This document shows positions 51,895-64,000 of a DNA stretch of 64,000 nucleotides, one piece after another. The position numbers were made by a program, and so were the translations under genes. The DNA lies in NCBI GenBank assembly GCA_017499595.2, contig CM039002.1:1240001-1304000 (forward strand), in the 5' to 3' direction. The notes beneath the pieces are model-generated. The model did no database searches and was not told the DNA's origin. It saw only the letters and a program-made list of their open reading frames with translations. Position 1 is the stretch's first letter, and each line of letters starts with the position of its first letter. The stretch comes from Psilocybe cubensis. Its lineage: Eukaryota.

Positions 51895-54800
51895 ATGGAT
51901 TCCACAACGTACGTTGTCCATCTATCTCCGAGTATACTCCTTTACATCGTCTCTAGCGTATTGATCATGTTTGTCTGGTATTACAACAGGTCGGCATTCT
52001 CTGTATTGCCTATTATGGGCTACGCATTGCTGGCCATCGTGCTCGCCTACCTCAGTATTCGAGGGTATAGGTACCTAAAATCGAGGGCACAAACCTCGGT
52101 CTCTCTCCCCAAGCCGGTCTCTGGAAGTTCCCATAAATCCACTTATGCCTTGGGTCGTTCCACGGGATGGAATTGGAGGCGATGGATATTACCACGTGTT
52201 CCGTCATGGCCCAAAGTTCCAGAGGTCGTAGTAGGAAAGGCTAAGGCAGTAGCCCACTCAAAAAACCTGAGTGTTGAGTTGTTACCGACGACTGGTCTGC
52301 CACCTCCCCCGACGGCCTCCCCAACCCCTATTGCTGCAGTGACAATGCCTACCCCACAGCTTGTGGATCTAACTACACCTGCAACACCACCCCTAACGAC
52401 TGGAACTACTTTTAACTCTTATCCAACGTCGCCACGAACACCATCGCCTCCTTACATGCCGCATATAAGCACATCCAAACTTATTTATCCAACCCCGCCG
52501 CATGCATCATACCCTCGTCCACCTTCCCCTCATGGTATTTTTGCAACAACCATTCAGAAACCCCACCGTAGGAGTAGAAGTCTTGGTGGCGTTCCTGTCC
52601 GACGCCTTTCAGGAGGTACCTCTGGATTGCGAAATGCTATTGAACTTAAAGAACTGTCTGGAGACCACAAACGAGGAACTAGTCGGGAGCATCTTCTCAT
52701 CGACTTCAATTCTTCGAGCTCATCGGATGACGATAGAGAAAGCATTATGAAGATATCTCCGGCCGCATCAGATATTGGCATCCTTCCACCAGGAAAAGGC
52801 TTGATGCCTTTGGTTGACCCGCGAATGGTCGGGAGACATGTCCCCCTTGTAGATCTAGGGGATGACAACCATTTCTCGTCCCAGGTAGAACATGAAGACG
52901 ATAGTTGGCGGTGGTTTAATCCCTCTGGCGTCACGACACCATTGGCTGACAGGATTGGGACCAGTATTTTGCGCCCCAAATCATCACTCGCGACCCTTCG
53001 TGTTGAAAAACTGGTGGATGTGGATAGCGAGAGTGATTCCGAGCCGGTCTTGGGATCCAACCCTATTGGGATTCATCGCGTGGAAGTTCAGACAACTCAG
53101 ATAGAAAAGCTCATTGATATCCACCCGCCCAAAGAGGAAGTCAAAGTCAAAGAAGCCACTCTAGTTGATGTTGACGACTATACCTCAGTCGCAGATGGTA
53201 CTCAAAATCAGGGGCAGCTTGTGGACGTTGAAAGCCTTGGAAACACGTTGGAGCCAATACATAGCTCACCCCCACCCTTCCCGATCCAAACATCCATCCT
53301 CATGAAAGCCACCCTCCCATTACCTCAAGAAACTTTGACTCTCGCCGAAAGTCCTTTTGCGAACCCTCTGGCACGTGCACAGTCACCTACTGTCGAAAAT
53401 CAGGATCAAATTTCTGTAGTTTCTAAGAATCCTGGTCTTCTCGTTGAACATGCGAACGAAGAACACGAACTTTACCACTCCGAGAGTAAAACCTCTAGCC
53501 CTCTTTCCGAATTCAATTATATCTCCGAAAGTACGTCGAAAGGGGCCGAGGCAGAAGATTTAGAGAGTGGAATTCTTTCTCATGACGGATGGGAATGGGA
53601 CCTACCTGGCCACAGTGACCCTTGGGCAAGCCATATAGCAGAGACCCCGTCGCCCAGCTCAGAGGTATTCGTGTATACTGGATTGGACGCCGTAGAAAGG
53701 GAGGGACATGAACCGGATGTTTTGACATTGGATACATCCCTTCCGTCCGCAGGGTCTGATTTGGAGTCCGAAGGGTTTAAGTACGACGCGGAAGTCTTAG
53801 AGAAGAGTCCGGGCGCATCCTTGCTTCCGACGGAATTGACAGAGGAAGACGAGGAAGAGATGCCATCTCTTACCTTGAGTGACGACTTAGAAAACCCTAC
53901 ACCAGATCATGTCGACTTCAATCTAAGCGAACATATACTGTTGGATGAAGAACAAGATCTGACTCCAAAACCGACACCTTCCTCTTTAGAGCTCGCCCTT
54001 CCTGCTATGCCTGCCGAGGGTGTTATGCTATCGGAGGACTATCCTGATCCAGAATTGCTTCCCTTGCCCGAATCGCCATTGCTGTTGACAATTGACATCC
54101 CTGATCCTGAAACTCCTAGCCTCGCCTTCGAGAAAGATGAACCTGTGGAAAGGGCCATGCCATGCCAAACCCCTACACCCCCAGCATCACCTCCGCCCAT
54201 CTCGCCGTTGCGATTTGTCAACAGTTCTAATGGTTCAAACGTCTTTCATCTGTCTCCCCATGCCACCACACAAAGTATGTCACACTTGCAACTCCCCTCC
54301 TCGCCCCGATTGTCTGTTTCCACCGGGCGTTCCCCTCGAACTTCTTCAAGTCCATCGCTCCATGATATTGAAGAAAAAGAAAACGCAACGCCAACTGCAT
54401 TGAGTCCCAAAAACCCAAAATCAATCGTTGCCCAGGATGTGCATGTTACCCTTGCATCAAAGGGTGGTAACACACAGGAAAGTCCGGTTTTACACAGAAG
54501 GATTTTGGGCGACCATATTGCTGACGAAGTCGAATCGAAGCAAAGTGAACCGGCCACGGACGATGTAGTTGTACACAATGAGATGACACCTGAATCATAC
54601 TCGCTTCCAGAGACGGACATAGCAAAGGCTGTGCAGCACGTGCTTGCAGTCAAGCTTTCTTCCAATTTCGACGAGACACCACTCCCGGGCTCATTCCCGG
54701 ATTCCAAACCATTTGTTGAAGTATCTACGCCTATTTCCAAACCCGACACTTCTGCTACATCTACCACCATCGGCGCCCGGCTTGCCATGACTTCTAACTC

Positions 54801-54975
54801 TCTGACGCCACGGCCATCTGCACGCGCTCTTGTTCGCTCTCCTGTCGATATCGCGTTGGCGATGCAGCTTCGCCCCGGACTCGGTGCTGGCGCAGACCCA
54901 GCGTGGATGGTTCGCTTTTTGATGGCAATGTTTGGCTGGCTCGCCGTCGTCGTTTCGGGTCAAGTAGAATATTAA
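51895..54975 (+). CDS. Intronless ~1026-aa protein: N-terminal TM pair, Pro/Ser/Glu-rich disordered body, hydrophobic C-terminal motif
   Basis: Single uninterrupted ORF of about 3 kb from the first ATG at 51895. Two hydrophobic helices at the N-terminus; C-terminus IALAMQLRPGLGAGADPAWMVRFLMAMFGWLAVVVSG. Confidence 0.85.
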   Translation: MDSTTYVVHLSPSILLYIVSSVLIMFVWYYNRSAFSVLPIMGYALLAIVLAYLSIRGYRYLKSRAQTSVSLPKPVSGSSHKSTYALGRSTGWNWRRWILPRVPSWPKVPEVVVGKAKAVAHSKNLSVELLPTTGLPPPPTASPTPIAAVTMPTPQLVDLTTPATPPLTTGTTFNSYPTSPRTPSPPYMPHISTSKLIYPTPPHASYPRPPSPHGIFATTIQKPHRRSRSLGGVPVRRLSGGTSGLRNAIELKELSGDHKRGTSREHLLIDFNSSSSSDDDRESIMKISPAASDIGILPPGKGLMPLVDPRMVGRHVPLVDLGDDNHFSSQVEHEDDSWRWFNPSGVTTPLADRIGTSILRPKSSLATLRVEKLVDVDSESDSEPVLGSNPIGIHRVEVQTTQIEKLIDIHPPKEEVKVKEATLVDVDDYTSVADGTQNQGQLVDVESLGNTLEPIHSSPPPFPIQTSILMKATLPLPQETLTLAESPFANPLARAQSPTVENQDQISVVSKNPGLLVEHANEEHELYHSESKTSSPLSEFNYISESTSKGAEAEDLESGILSHDGWEWDLPGHSDPWASHIAETPSPSSEVFVYTGLDAVEREGHEPDVLTLDTSLPSAGSDLESEGFKYDAEVLEKSPGASLLPTELTEEDEEEMPSLTLSDDLENPTPDHVDFNLSEHILLDEEQDLTPKPTPSSLELALPAMPAEGVMLSEDYPDPELLPLPESPLLLTIDIPDPETPSLAFEKDEPVERAMPCQTPTPPASPPPISPLRFVNSSNGSNVFHLSPHATTQSMSHLQLPSSPRLSVSTGRSPRTSSSPSLHDIEEKENATPTALSPKNPKSIVAQDVHVTLASKGGNTQESPVLHRRILGDHIADEVESKQSEPATDDVVVHNEMTPESYSLPETDIAKAVQHVLAVKLSSNFDETPLPGSFPDSKPFVEVSTPISKPDTSATSTTIGARLAMTSNSLTPRPSARALVRSPVDIALAMQLRPGLGAGADPAWMVRFLMAMFGWLAVVVSGQVEY

Positions 54976-55424
54976 AAACCCTTACATTCTTTTTACATCA
55001 AGCACCTTTTGCACCTTATATCTGACGACCTTCTGATGACTTTCATGATATCTCACGCTTTGACTTACGCTCACAATCACCTTCAATCCCATTCTATCAC
55101 TCGCCTTCGCATTTTGCTTTCATTATTCATTGGAACACATTTCTGGCAACCCATGCATTCCTATTCATAGTACTCGCATTATTTAAGCTATATTTTTGCA
55201 TTGTTCTACTACCTTACACTCGCTTACGGAGATTTCTGTACCACCCGATGATCAAATGAGCACTTGCACTTTTGATTGGTTTACATCGGTTTGATCATTA
55301 TTTCCAACCATCTAACTACATTTGCATACATCGTACCTACGTTTATCGTCATTCACACCTCAGTCCGATAACTTCGCATATCTTCATTGCCCTCTCCAAT
55401 CCCTGTACACTGTCGTCGTCTATA

Positions 55425-58046
55425 TCACTTTGCCTGGCTAATTATCATAGGCATAGTTGGTGTAGTGCTATCGGGGTCCGTGTTGGGCGTAACGATGCCT
55501 GTCATTTGCCAGATAATCTCCTGTTTTGCGAGGGAGAATTCCAGATTTTCCACCATGAGTGCAAGAACAACCTCTATATAGTAGGTCAACCAAGAATGTA
55601 AAGAAAACGGTATAATCAAGTACTCACTCATCTCGAGTTGCGAAAATTTGAAACCACTAAACTAATATTAGTTCCTGGTCCCACTGGTCTAAGAAATTGA
55701 TTTGCCACGTACATGCAAGCTCTACCGCCTCCAATGAACGTCATCCTTTAGATTGGAAAAAAAAATAATCAGTAAATGATAGTATATTCTAAAGAACAAG
55801 ATGCAGGACATACAGGTGAGAGTATATTCCAGGCATATGAGCTGTAATCAAAGGCTCGGGTAAGGGACTGAGCCACCTTTCAGGCTTCCATTCGTATGAA
55901 TCTGGACCCCACAGGTCTGGATTCCTGTTCGAAGCCAAGATAGAAACAAAAACGTTGGTGCCCGCAGGAACCGGTACTTCACTTATTTGCTGGCCGTTAA
56001 GGCCTTTGATTGGCGTGGCAAGTGGTAAAACGATGTCTTTTCGAGCGCTGTTCAGTCGGATGTTACTATGCTTGTTCCCAATTGTCGAAGACCAACAACT
56101 ACTCACGTCCTCATTATAAACGACACAGGAGGGTAGCTATAATTAAGCGGTTAGTCAAACTCAAGCAAATACAAGAAGTTCCTTCATACGAACAGGCGGA
56201 GTGTTTCCCTGCAAATTGCGTCAAGGTATGGTAGTGAAACAAGCATGTCATATCCAATATCTTCTCCACCACATTCCTTTCGAGCATTTCTGATCTCCTC
56301 TCTTAACCTGTCTTGAACGTCTTTATGAAGTGCAAGTAGGTGGAATGTTCGAGATAAAGCACTCGAGGTCGTGTCGGTTGCAGCAAAGGATAAGGACCTG
56401 TTAATTTTTAACGCTAAATGATTTATCAATGAGTATAGAATGGAGTTGCGTTACATACATAATTTGGCCTAAAACGTCTTTGTCGGTCAGTTTGTCTTCT
56501 CCTGAGGCAGCCATATTCGCTTTCACTTGTGATATAAATCCATTGGCACGAGATCAGCCCACAAATCAAGACGAGGGGACATACTCAATATACTAATGAT
56601 ATCTTTGCCCCTCCCAACCTGGGCGGCAAGCGCTTCATCTCCTGCTTCCAGGGCTTTCTTTTTTGAGTCGAAGATCTCGACCGCTGTTTCGTAAAGGACG
56701 TCTATAATATCCCTTACTTCCTTCACTACTTTAAAAGGCAGATGATCAACGATAAACCTTCGAAAAGCTGGCGTGCCAATTTTCGAAAGTGTCGGCATCA
56801 AAGTTGTGAATAACATGGCTTCCTGGCCTTGCGCGGGTCTTACATCCGTATAAGAGAATGTCCAAGTAAAACAAAACAAAATCAAACCTACACCAAGGAT
56901 TTGGACGCGATTCCATATGGGTGTTGAACTGCATTTTCAGTAAGTTCGTCGAACGTATACCCAAGCCCACTTTGACCAATCAGTTCCAATGCTAGTCGAG
57001 TCATCCAGGTGAGGACATCAATCTGATTATTTGTTTAGTATAACGGTTCACTGATGACCTGCAAAAGAAAACTGACTTCTTGCGGTCCGCCCTGCGTCTT
57101 GGTGATGAATACCCTTCGGACCTGGAAAATTTCATACTTCAGTATATTTCTAACTTGAAAGAATGTGTAATGCACCTTATGTGCGACATCATAGAATATA
57201 GGGACTAACGAAGAAACGTTAGAGGTCACAGAGATAGTAGCGAGGCAGATAAAATTGATATACCCATCTCGCGCATATGAGCGATCGAAAAGACAGGGTT
57301 CAACATCTTACGCTGCCGACGATGATCATCACCTACAATGTTGTATAGGTATAAGCTATTCTAGTGTCCGGATGATTTACAACGAATTTGTGAGATTTTA
57401 CTCACCAAGTGTGGTGAATATACCAGCACCAAAAATCATCTTATTCGATCTATTGTGGAAGCTCAGAGAAGCCACTCGGGTTTGTCTATGTCGACATACG
57501 CGATGAAAGCATCAGTTTCCTCATATATATATTGGTCCTAATAATGATTCATATTCATTTCGCTTAGGTGGTTCATTAAAAATTTCCTTACCTTGACAAG
57601 AATATGATGCATGGCCTTCGGGTCGTAAACATAGAGCTCATCGGACTAATTTTTGACCAAGTGAGTAGAAAGTAATAATATCAAGATAATGACATAATTC
57701 ATACCCCAAATACTCCTTTTGTGCGCGAAAGCCCTCCGTCTGATTACCCATTAATTGAAGTAGGGTGTCATGGATAATAGACGACTCACATGTATCAGCA
57801 AGGCTTTGATGGAAATCCCATGCCTTTGGGTTCATCATTTGTTTGAGTGAACCTAGAAAATCTGTAATCAGCCAAACGATAGTACCAGTCAGGCTATGAA
57901 TTCGATTTAGTACCTGATATCCACGATCCCGCTGGAGGACCTGGAATATTCTTAAGTACCGATCGATAGGTACGGCTCTTTATGAAATTCCATGTAGCCC
58001 ATGCGATCCCGAAGTAGAAAACACCTAGTAGTAAAAGGGAGAGCAT
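55425..58046 (-). CDS. Cytochrome P450 (CYP5150-like, tentative), copy 1, many exons
   Basis: N-terminal anchor plus IPGPP; I-helix FAATDTTS; K-helix ETLR; PERW; heme motif FIGGGRACIG split by an intron. Confidence 0.92.
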
Positions 58047-58891
58047 GGTATGGGACAGCAGAGGAAGCAGAGGATATCAGAGAAAGTGGCTGTAGTAACG
58101 TGGAATCTGCCTTTAAAGCCTTTATAGGGGCTAACAATAGGCAGCCAGGATGCGTGAAGAGGATTGTAATGAGATAAACATCTTCACAGGCAGTCTACAG
58201 GATGCAGTCTGATAAGTCAGGTGAGTGTTCGTATGGAAGAACCACAATTCCTTGCCCAATAATTCCCAGGGTTAAAGTTGCAAGTGGAAGTAGCGACGAC
58301 TCCCATCGATACATAGTCGAGTGTACACGCATACGCCAAAATGTCTTGCTGGTGTTGCTTATAAGAAGGAGCACGGAGCCCGGCGATGTCATGAAGGTGA
58401 GAGGAATCTGTTGACAAGTTGCATGCACGTGGAGCCATTCCTGATAACCCAGCGGTCCCAGCCTCTGTACTATCCAGGCTCGGAAACATAAGCACACGGT
58501 AGTTCACACCAGGAATACAAACAGGCCTCTTCAGAAGACAACAGATAGTCTGCCCTCATGTTTGAGGGCTCTTTTGGATTCTTTTTGATGGAAGTGTTGT
58601 TTCAACGCTTATTTAAGTAACTTTCTGCAGCAATTCTGACGTCGGGCGTCTGTCCCGGGCATGTGAGTCATTTGAGCTGACTCATACTCCTTGTATTGAA
58701 GAAGAATCATATCGGGCCGGCGTCTTCAGTAATGAGAAAGAGTAGAAGCTTTGAAAAAGAAAAGACCTGAAATAGGTGCAGACACATAGAAAGTCAAGTA
58801 CCAAAATTATTTACCAAAAAACAACGTTATACGACTGACATGCTGATTCATCATTTCTCTTGGTTGACAGCAAATCATGGCTCCTCAAGTG

Positions 58892-61437
58892 TTAATCCTG
58901 ATCAATCCTTTTGATAAGTAAGGGGAGTGTTGGTGTGTTGCTGTCCGGATTTGTATTGGGGGTGCTGATTCCAGTCATTGACCAGAAAACATTTTTGTCA
59001 CTAGGACTGAACTCGAGATTTTCAAGTAAAAGCGCGAGAACAACCTCTGAAAAGACAGTGATGAACGTGCGTATACCCTTAGTGAACCACCTGCACGACT
59101 TACTCATCTCTAGTTGAGAGAACTTGAAACCACTATTGAGATAATTTAATCAGTTTTGAAATATTTTATCAAGAGGGAAGAAACATACATGCAGGATCTG
59201 CCTCCTCCAAGGAATGTCAATCTGGCGAAAGAATAGTCAACCCGGGATCAAGGACGTAAAAGATCCCTGCATCTTACAAGTGCGAATAGACTCCTGGGAT
59301 CCGGGCATTGACTAAAGCGTTAGGTAGTGCATTCAACCACCTTTCAGGCTTCCACTGATCCGCGTCGTCTCCCCAAAGTTCCGAATTCCTATTCGAATTG
59401 AGGATCGACATGTGAATAGTCGTACCACTAGGAATAGGAATTTCTGATATATCCTTTCCGTCCAGTCCTTTAATGGGCGAACCCAAGGGCAATATAATGT
59501 CGCTGCGGGCCCTAGAGACCATATGCAGTAAGTCGTTAGAAGACACCAAAAAGAACAAAATACACAACGCACACTCTTCTAAGTTGACTAATAGGAGCAT
59601 AACTGTGTTTCGCGTATTAGAGAAACTATAAGTATAGGCCTTTGGTATACTTACAGTCGAAGAGTTTCTCGGCAAATGGCGTCTAAATAGGGCAACGAAA
59701 CCAATTGCTCATATCCCAGATCTTCTCCTCCATTCTCCTTGCGAGCAGTCACGATCTCCTCCCGCAATTTTGCCTGAACATCTTTGTGGTGAGCTAAGAG
59801 ATCAAAAGTGCGAGAAAGAGCCCCAGAAGTGGTGTCTGTGGCGGCAAATGTTAAAGAGCTTTATGAAAAATTAGGGTGCTTCTGGCCGCAGAAGATAGTA
59901 AAACATACGTGACTTGTCCCAAAAGTTCCTCTTCAGACAGTCTTTCAGCCTCGGAGGCATGTATGTTTGCCTTCACTAACAGACACAGAGATGATTTAGA
60001 AAAGATTTATAAAGTCAGGCAACCAGGACTTACAGAGGATACTGATAATGTCCTTTCCCCTGCCAATCTGAGCGGCCACTGCCTCATCACCCTCAGCAAT
60101 GGCCTTCCTTTTCGACTCTAATATTTCCTCTGACGTTTTGTGTAAAACATCAAGGACACCTTTGAGGTCCTGGATTTCCTTGAAAGGAAGACAATCAACA
60201 ACGAACCGTCTAAATCGTGGAGTTCCGATTCGAGTAAGATAAGGAAGGATGGACATTTGCATTAGGGCAATTTTGGGACCTTGGGAAGGACTGTACTCCA
60301 TTAATAATACCATGGATAAGTAAAATGAAACGATTATACATTAGCTGACTCGCAGCGAGTGCATACGGGTGGCGCACTGCATCCTCGGTAAGTGCGTCGA
60401 AGCTATATCCCAATCCACTCTGTCCAATGAGTTCAAGAGCCAAGCGCGTCATCCAGTCCGCAATATCGACCTCCTGAGGTCCATTGTATGTCTTCCCAAG
60501 AAGCGTTTGGTGAACCTAACAGGAAAGTGGCGTAAAAGACAATTCTTATGAGTTACAATGCCTAGAAATTCTACCTTACGTGCAACACCATAAAAAATTG
60601 GCACTGATAAAGGACACTGAGCAATGTCGCTACTATGTACATAGTCATTGTCTTTCTTACCCATTTCTTTCATATGTGCAATAGAAAATACGGGATTCAG
60701 CATTTTCCGTTGCCGACGATGCTCTTCGCCTAAGGAAATTAACCAGGATAGCCTCGATTAATTCTATTCACAGTTAGCATACTCACCTAAGGACGTAAAT
60801 ATCCCTTTCCCGAAGATAATTTTGTTTGACCTATCGTAATTCGTGAGGAATTATCATAAAAACTGCCCATAATGTATTCTCCACTTACTCGATAAAATCG
60901 TCAGTCTCTTCGTATACATATTGATCCTGATAATGATCATGGTCAAAATATGTGTTTCACAATATACCGATAAAAGAAATTGAGTACCTTGATTAAAATG
61001 TGGTGCAATGCTTTGGCGTCGGATACATAAAGATCATTCCTCTGCTTGTTGTGAGAATTGTGCATCAGTATCGTTATGAAAGAGCATACCCCAAGTATGC
61101 CTTTGATTCGAACTATTCCTCCATCTATTCAAGACGATCAGAAGAGAAAAATCATCCAACTGTAAATCCATCCATTGGTGGAGCTTACACGTTTGACCAA
61201 TTTCCTTATGAAATCCCCAGGCATTATTTCCGATTATTTGAAGTAGGGATCCTAGCCATTGCCTTAGCTTCAGTCATTCTCCAACATTCGATATCAATGA
61301 ACCTTACCCGTGATCCAAGAGTCTGATTTTGGTCCCGGTACATTGTCTAGCATTGTCGGGAAAAGTAGAGGTCGCACGAACCGCCAGAGTGCCCACGTAA
61401 TTGCCAGTGAGACAGCCAACGATGTGTATAAAATCAT
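58892..61437 (-). CDS. Cytochrome P450 (CYP5150-like, tentative), copy 2, many exons
   Basis: MILYTSLAVSLAITWALW anchor plus VPGPK; FAATDTTS; ETLR; PERW; FLGGGRSCIG. Intron positions match copy 1. Confidence 0.92.
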
Positions 61438-63328
61438 GATGGAGGTCCGACCTAGGAAAAGGAGAGAAACAATGAACAGTAAGGAATCCAGATTTTTCTT
61501 GTGCTAGAGGTCTTATATAATGTATAAGGACCAAGAGAGAGCAGCGTGGGGAAGAAGCATATCTTGATCATTCTCTCCGAAGAAATTTATCCTTGCTTAC
61601 AGAAGGCCAGCAGATCGCCAAACCAGTTCCAGGCTGATCGTGATAATAAATTTCTGGTAATCCATAGTTCATTGGCCCAATTGGGTGACACGAGAACGGG
61701 AGATGCTACCCATATGTAACGTTGTTATTGATAGAAGCATGAAAAGCTCATGTCAAGAACTGTCCCCTTTTCAAAATTTAAGGTGAAGTGACAGGGGTCG
61801 CATCATACTCCAGTGATTGGGAGGCGGCCAATCGCCTCATACAAAGTTGTGCATCCCCTAGAAATACCCAGAATACCTACACATCTGTCAGCAATCCAAG
61901 AGTATATGTATTAGACCAGAACCACAACAACGCACTGAGAGTATAAGGTCTGGAAGGGGAAAGGCGATCGAAAAACCGGAAAATATTGGCATGTGCTCAT
62001 TTGTGCAAAGCACCCTTTGGGATCTTCTTTTCTAAATACCTCAAATCCCTGAGAAATTTGTACGGGTCTGGCCAGCGTTGTGTGGTAAATTGTGGGGCAA
62101 ATGCGCTTGTTCGCCATAATACGGTCTTAATCATCAGCAGATTGCCGACGATATGAGTATGCTTGCGGCCGTCCAATGGTACTAGATAGTGGCAGATGCT
62201 GCACAAGCAACAACAATCAGCAGTCTGTCAGCTTCCAACATGGTAACTTTTGTTTCGAAGAAGCATTTCAATCCAGAAAACTTGTAGTATGCTAGTGGTG
62301 GTTGTAGGTTGGGTCGCATAGAAGCCAAAAGGTAATGATCAAAAGTAGTTGCATTTTCTCACAATAACAACAACAGTGCCACAAAATCCTTTCGGGTTGA
62401 GTTACATAAAAGCGATGTTGTTAGAGATGCGGGATATAGGCACTGCTTTTACTCCAGGATTGAGTAAAAATCACTTCTTTCGACTCATTTGTTGACCGAT
62501 AACTCACACCCGCGCAGTTTGACTAGATAGAAGTCGAAAAATTGCGAAGCATCGGTGTCAAATCTGATCATCGTTGAGAAAAGCATTGGTCATGCTATCG
62601 GCGTCCCGGTCACTAGTCACTAGTCATAGTTCCTGTCCCATTACCGTGGCAAGGCCATCAAGTAAAAATCTCGGAGTTCCCAGCACACTCATTAAACCAC
62701 TCGCACCCTAAACCAGTAGGATTGTATGGCACTTAATAATCCATCGCGGCATAAGATCGAATTACTATCCAAGGAAGATTTTAGTTACATCCTACTCTGA
62801 AAAGCGGTGAAAGGCCCGCAGATGATTTGAGAACAGTACACTAGCTGTACTCGCAATGCATTGAATAGGAGCACTTCACATCGTTCAGCAATTGCATTGG
62901 TTGTCAGTCCCATGCTTTAATGATATATACTAAAAAGAGGTCAGGTACAAAAAGCTGGGGAACAATTGAATGATTTGCAGAACTCAGTGGTAAAGATCGG
63001 GTACCTAGACCAAGTGTAGGACGGTTAAATGATGTACCGATTCCAACAAAGCGTGAAGAGCACTCGTGATTGTGGCATTGTTCTTACCCCTCCCGTTATG
63101 CTGTTATCAGATTAGTAGATCTGTAAAATTTACTGGCCACCAACCTGTGACTAAAGTTCGTCGGTGGTAGCTTGTTCCATGTAAACCCATGCTGTAAACT
63201 TCTATGCGAATTGATATCTGAAGCTCTAAATGGCTTAACTTTGGTCACTGGATTGTGCATTAAGTATGTATTCGATGCTCGTTTATTCTCAATGTGTAGG
63301 TTATTATCGAGAAAAATTGTACAGTACT

Positions 63329-64000
63329 CTAGTCTTCAGCTTCACCCGAAGTGATCACATCATCTGAAAACATGATCAGAATGAATAGATGAGGAAATAT
63401 GTGCCAACACACCGATTTTGAGCACTGCACGGACAAGCTGTAAAGTAATCAATACGCAGAGTCAGCTGGGACGCAAGAGAAGAATGGAATACTGACCTGA
63501 GTAGCAAGCAAATATTGCTGACGCTTGGAAATAAGAGGGTCGTAGACAAATTGCTTCTTCATATCTAAATGGGAAAATCCCACCGTTAATGGCGGATGTG
63601 ACTCCGTACACAATGCAGATTCTTACCATTTTCTCCCCTATCGTTGCAGTCGATTCCAAGTCTTGAGTTCTTTTCATTTACCTGCCGGCTGCGAACCTCC
63701 GTGAGGGTCTCAATGGGCGATAAACCACTGTTCTCTGCCAAAGCCAATGGAATAGAATCCAGAGCGGACGCAAATGCACGCATTGCATATTGTTCAATGG
63801 AGGCGATCTGTATGCAAGTGTCAGAAGGTTAATTGCAGCAAAGGTGGACAGCAATCCTACTTCGTCTGCAGCTTTAGATACTGCAATGGCGCAATTAATT
63901 TCTGCAGACCCGCCCCCATAAACCACGCGGTTATCCACCACAAGATTGCGCACAGCACAAATTGCGTCATGGAGAGCCCGTTTGGCTTCGTCAATGATCT
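63329..64000 (-). CDS. CCT5: T-complex protein 1 subunit epsilon (CCT chaperonin), 3' part only
   Basis: [75 protein letters not shown]; stop TAG at 63331-63329. Confidence 0.92.

Noticed and set aside
52554-54963. Long antisense ORFs overlapping the 1026-aa gene (and similar shadows over gap1, the SUN gene and the CRAL-TRIO gene)
   Set aside because: Typical reverse-frame shadows of coding sequence, with no independent motifs.
55425-63300. Possible secondary-metabolite gene cluster around the two P450s
   Set aside because: No PKS, NRPS, terpene synthase, prenyltransferase or RiPP precursor in the window, and the flanks are CCT5 and an unrelated membrane protein.
61500-63300. Short ORFs and a small CACTAGT repeat between P450 copy 2 and CCT5
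   Set aside because: No domain similarity or repeat structure beyond chance; treated as intergenic.

Overview
Eukaryotic, intron-rich genomic DNA: many ~45-70 nt GT-AG introns and micro-exons. The gene content and style suggest an agaricomycete mushroom (inference). About 21 protein-coding genes can be reconstructed by hand-splicing. In order: a partial GMC-type flavoprotein, exportin-T, cullin-3, two tandem small secreted paralogues, an ER-lumenal DnaJ ending in HDEL, two tandem paralogues of an unannotated family with mitochondrial-like presequences, a GPI-type aspartic protease, RasGAP Gap1, an orphan Tyr/Pro-rich protein with a Tudor/SH3-like C-terminus, PalA/Rim20, a DM9-repeat protein, a secreted alkaline phosphatase, a SUN-domain protein, proline iminopeptidase, an unknown multi-TM protein, a CRAL-TRIO protein, an intronless ~1000-aa disordered membrane protein, two tandem cytochrome P450s and partial CCT5. 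A ~600-bp MITE-like element lies just upstream of palA. No tRNA, rRNA, CRISPR or secondary-metabolite backbone gene was seen. The best leads are (1) the mitochondrial-like paralogue pair with a motif series I recall from an uncharacterised bacterial family, (2) the secreted pair with conserved core-promoter motifs, (3) the intronless protein with repeated L[VI]D motifs, and (4) the MITE. Coordinates are start-to-stop gene spans including introns and were derived by eye.
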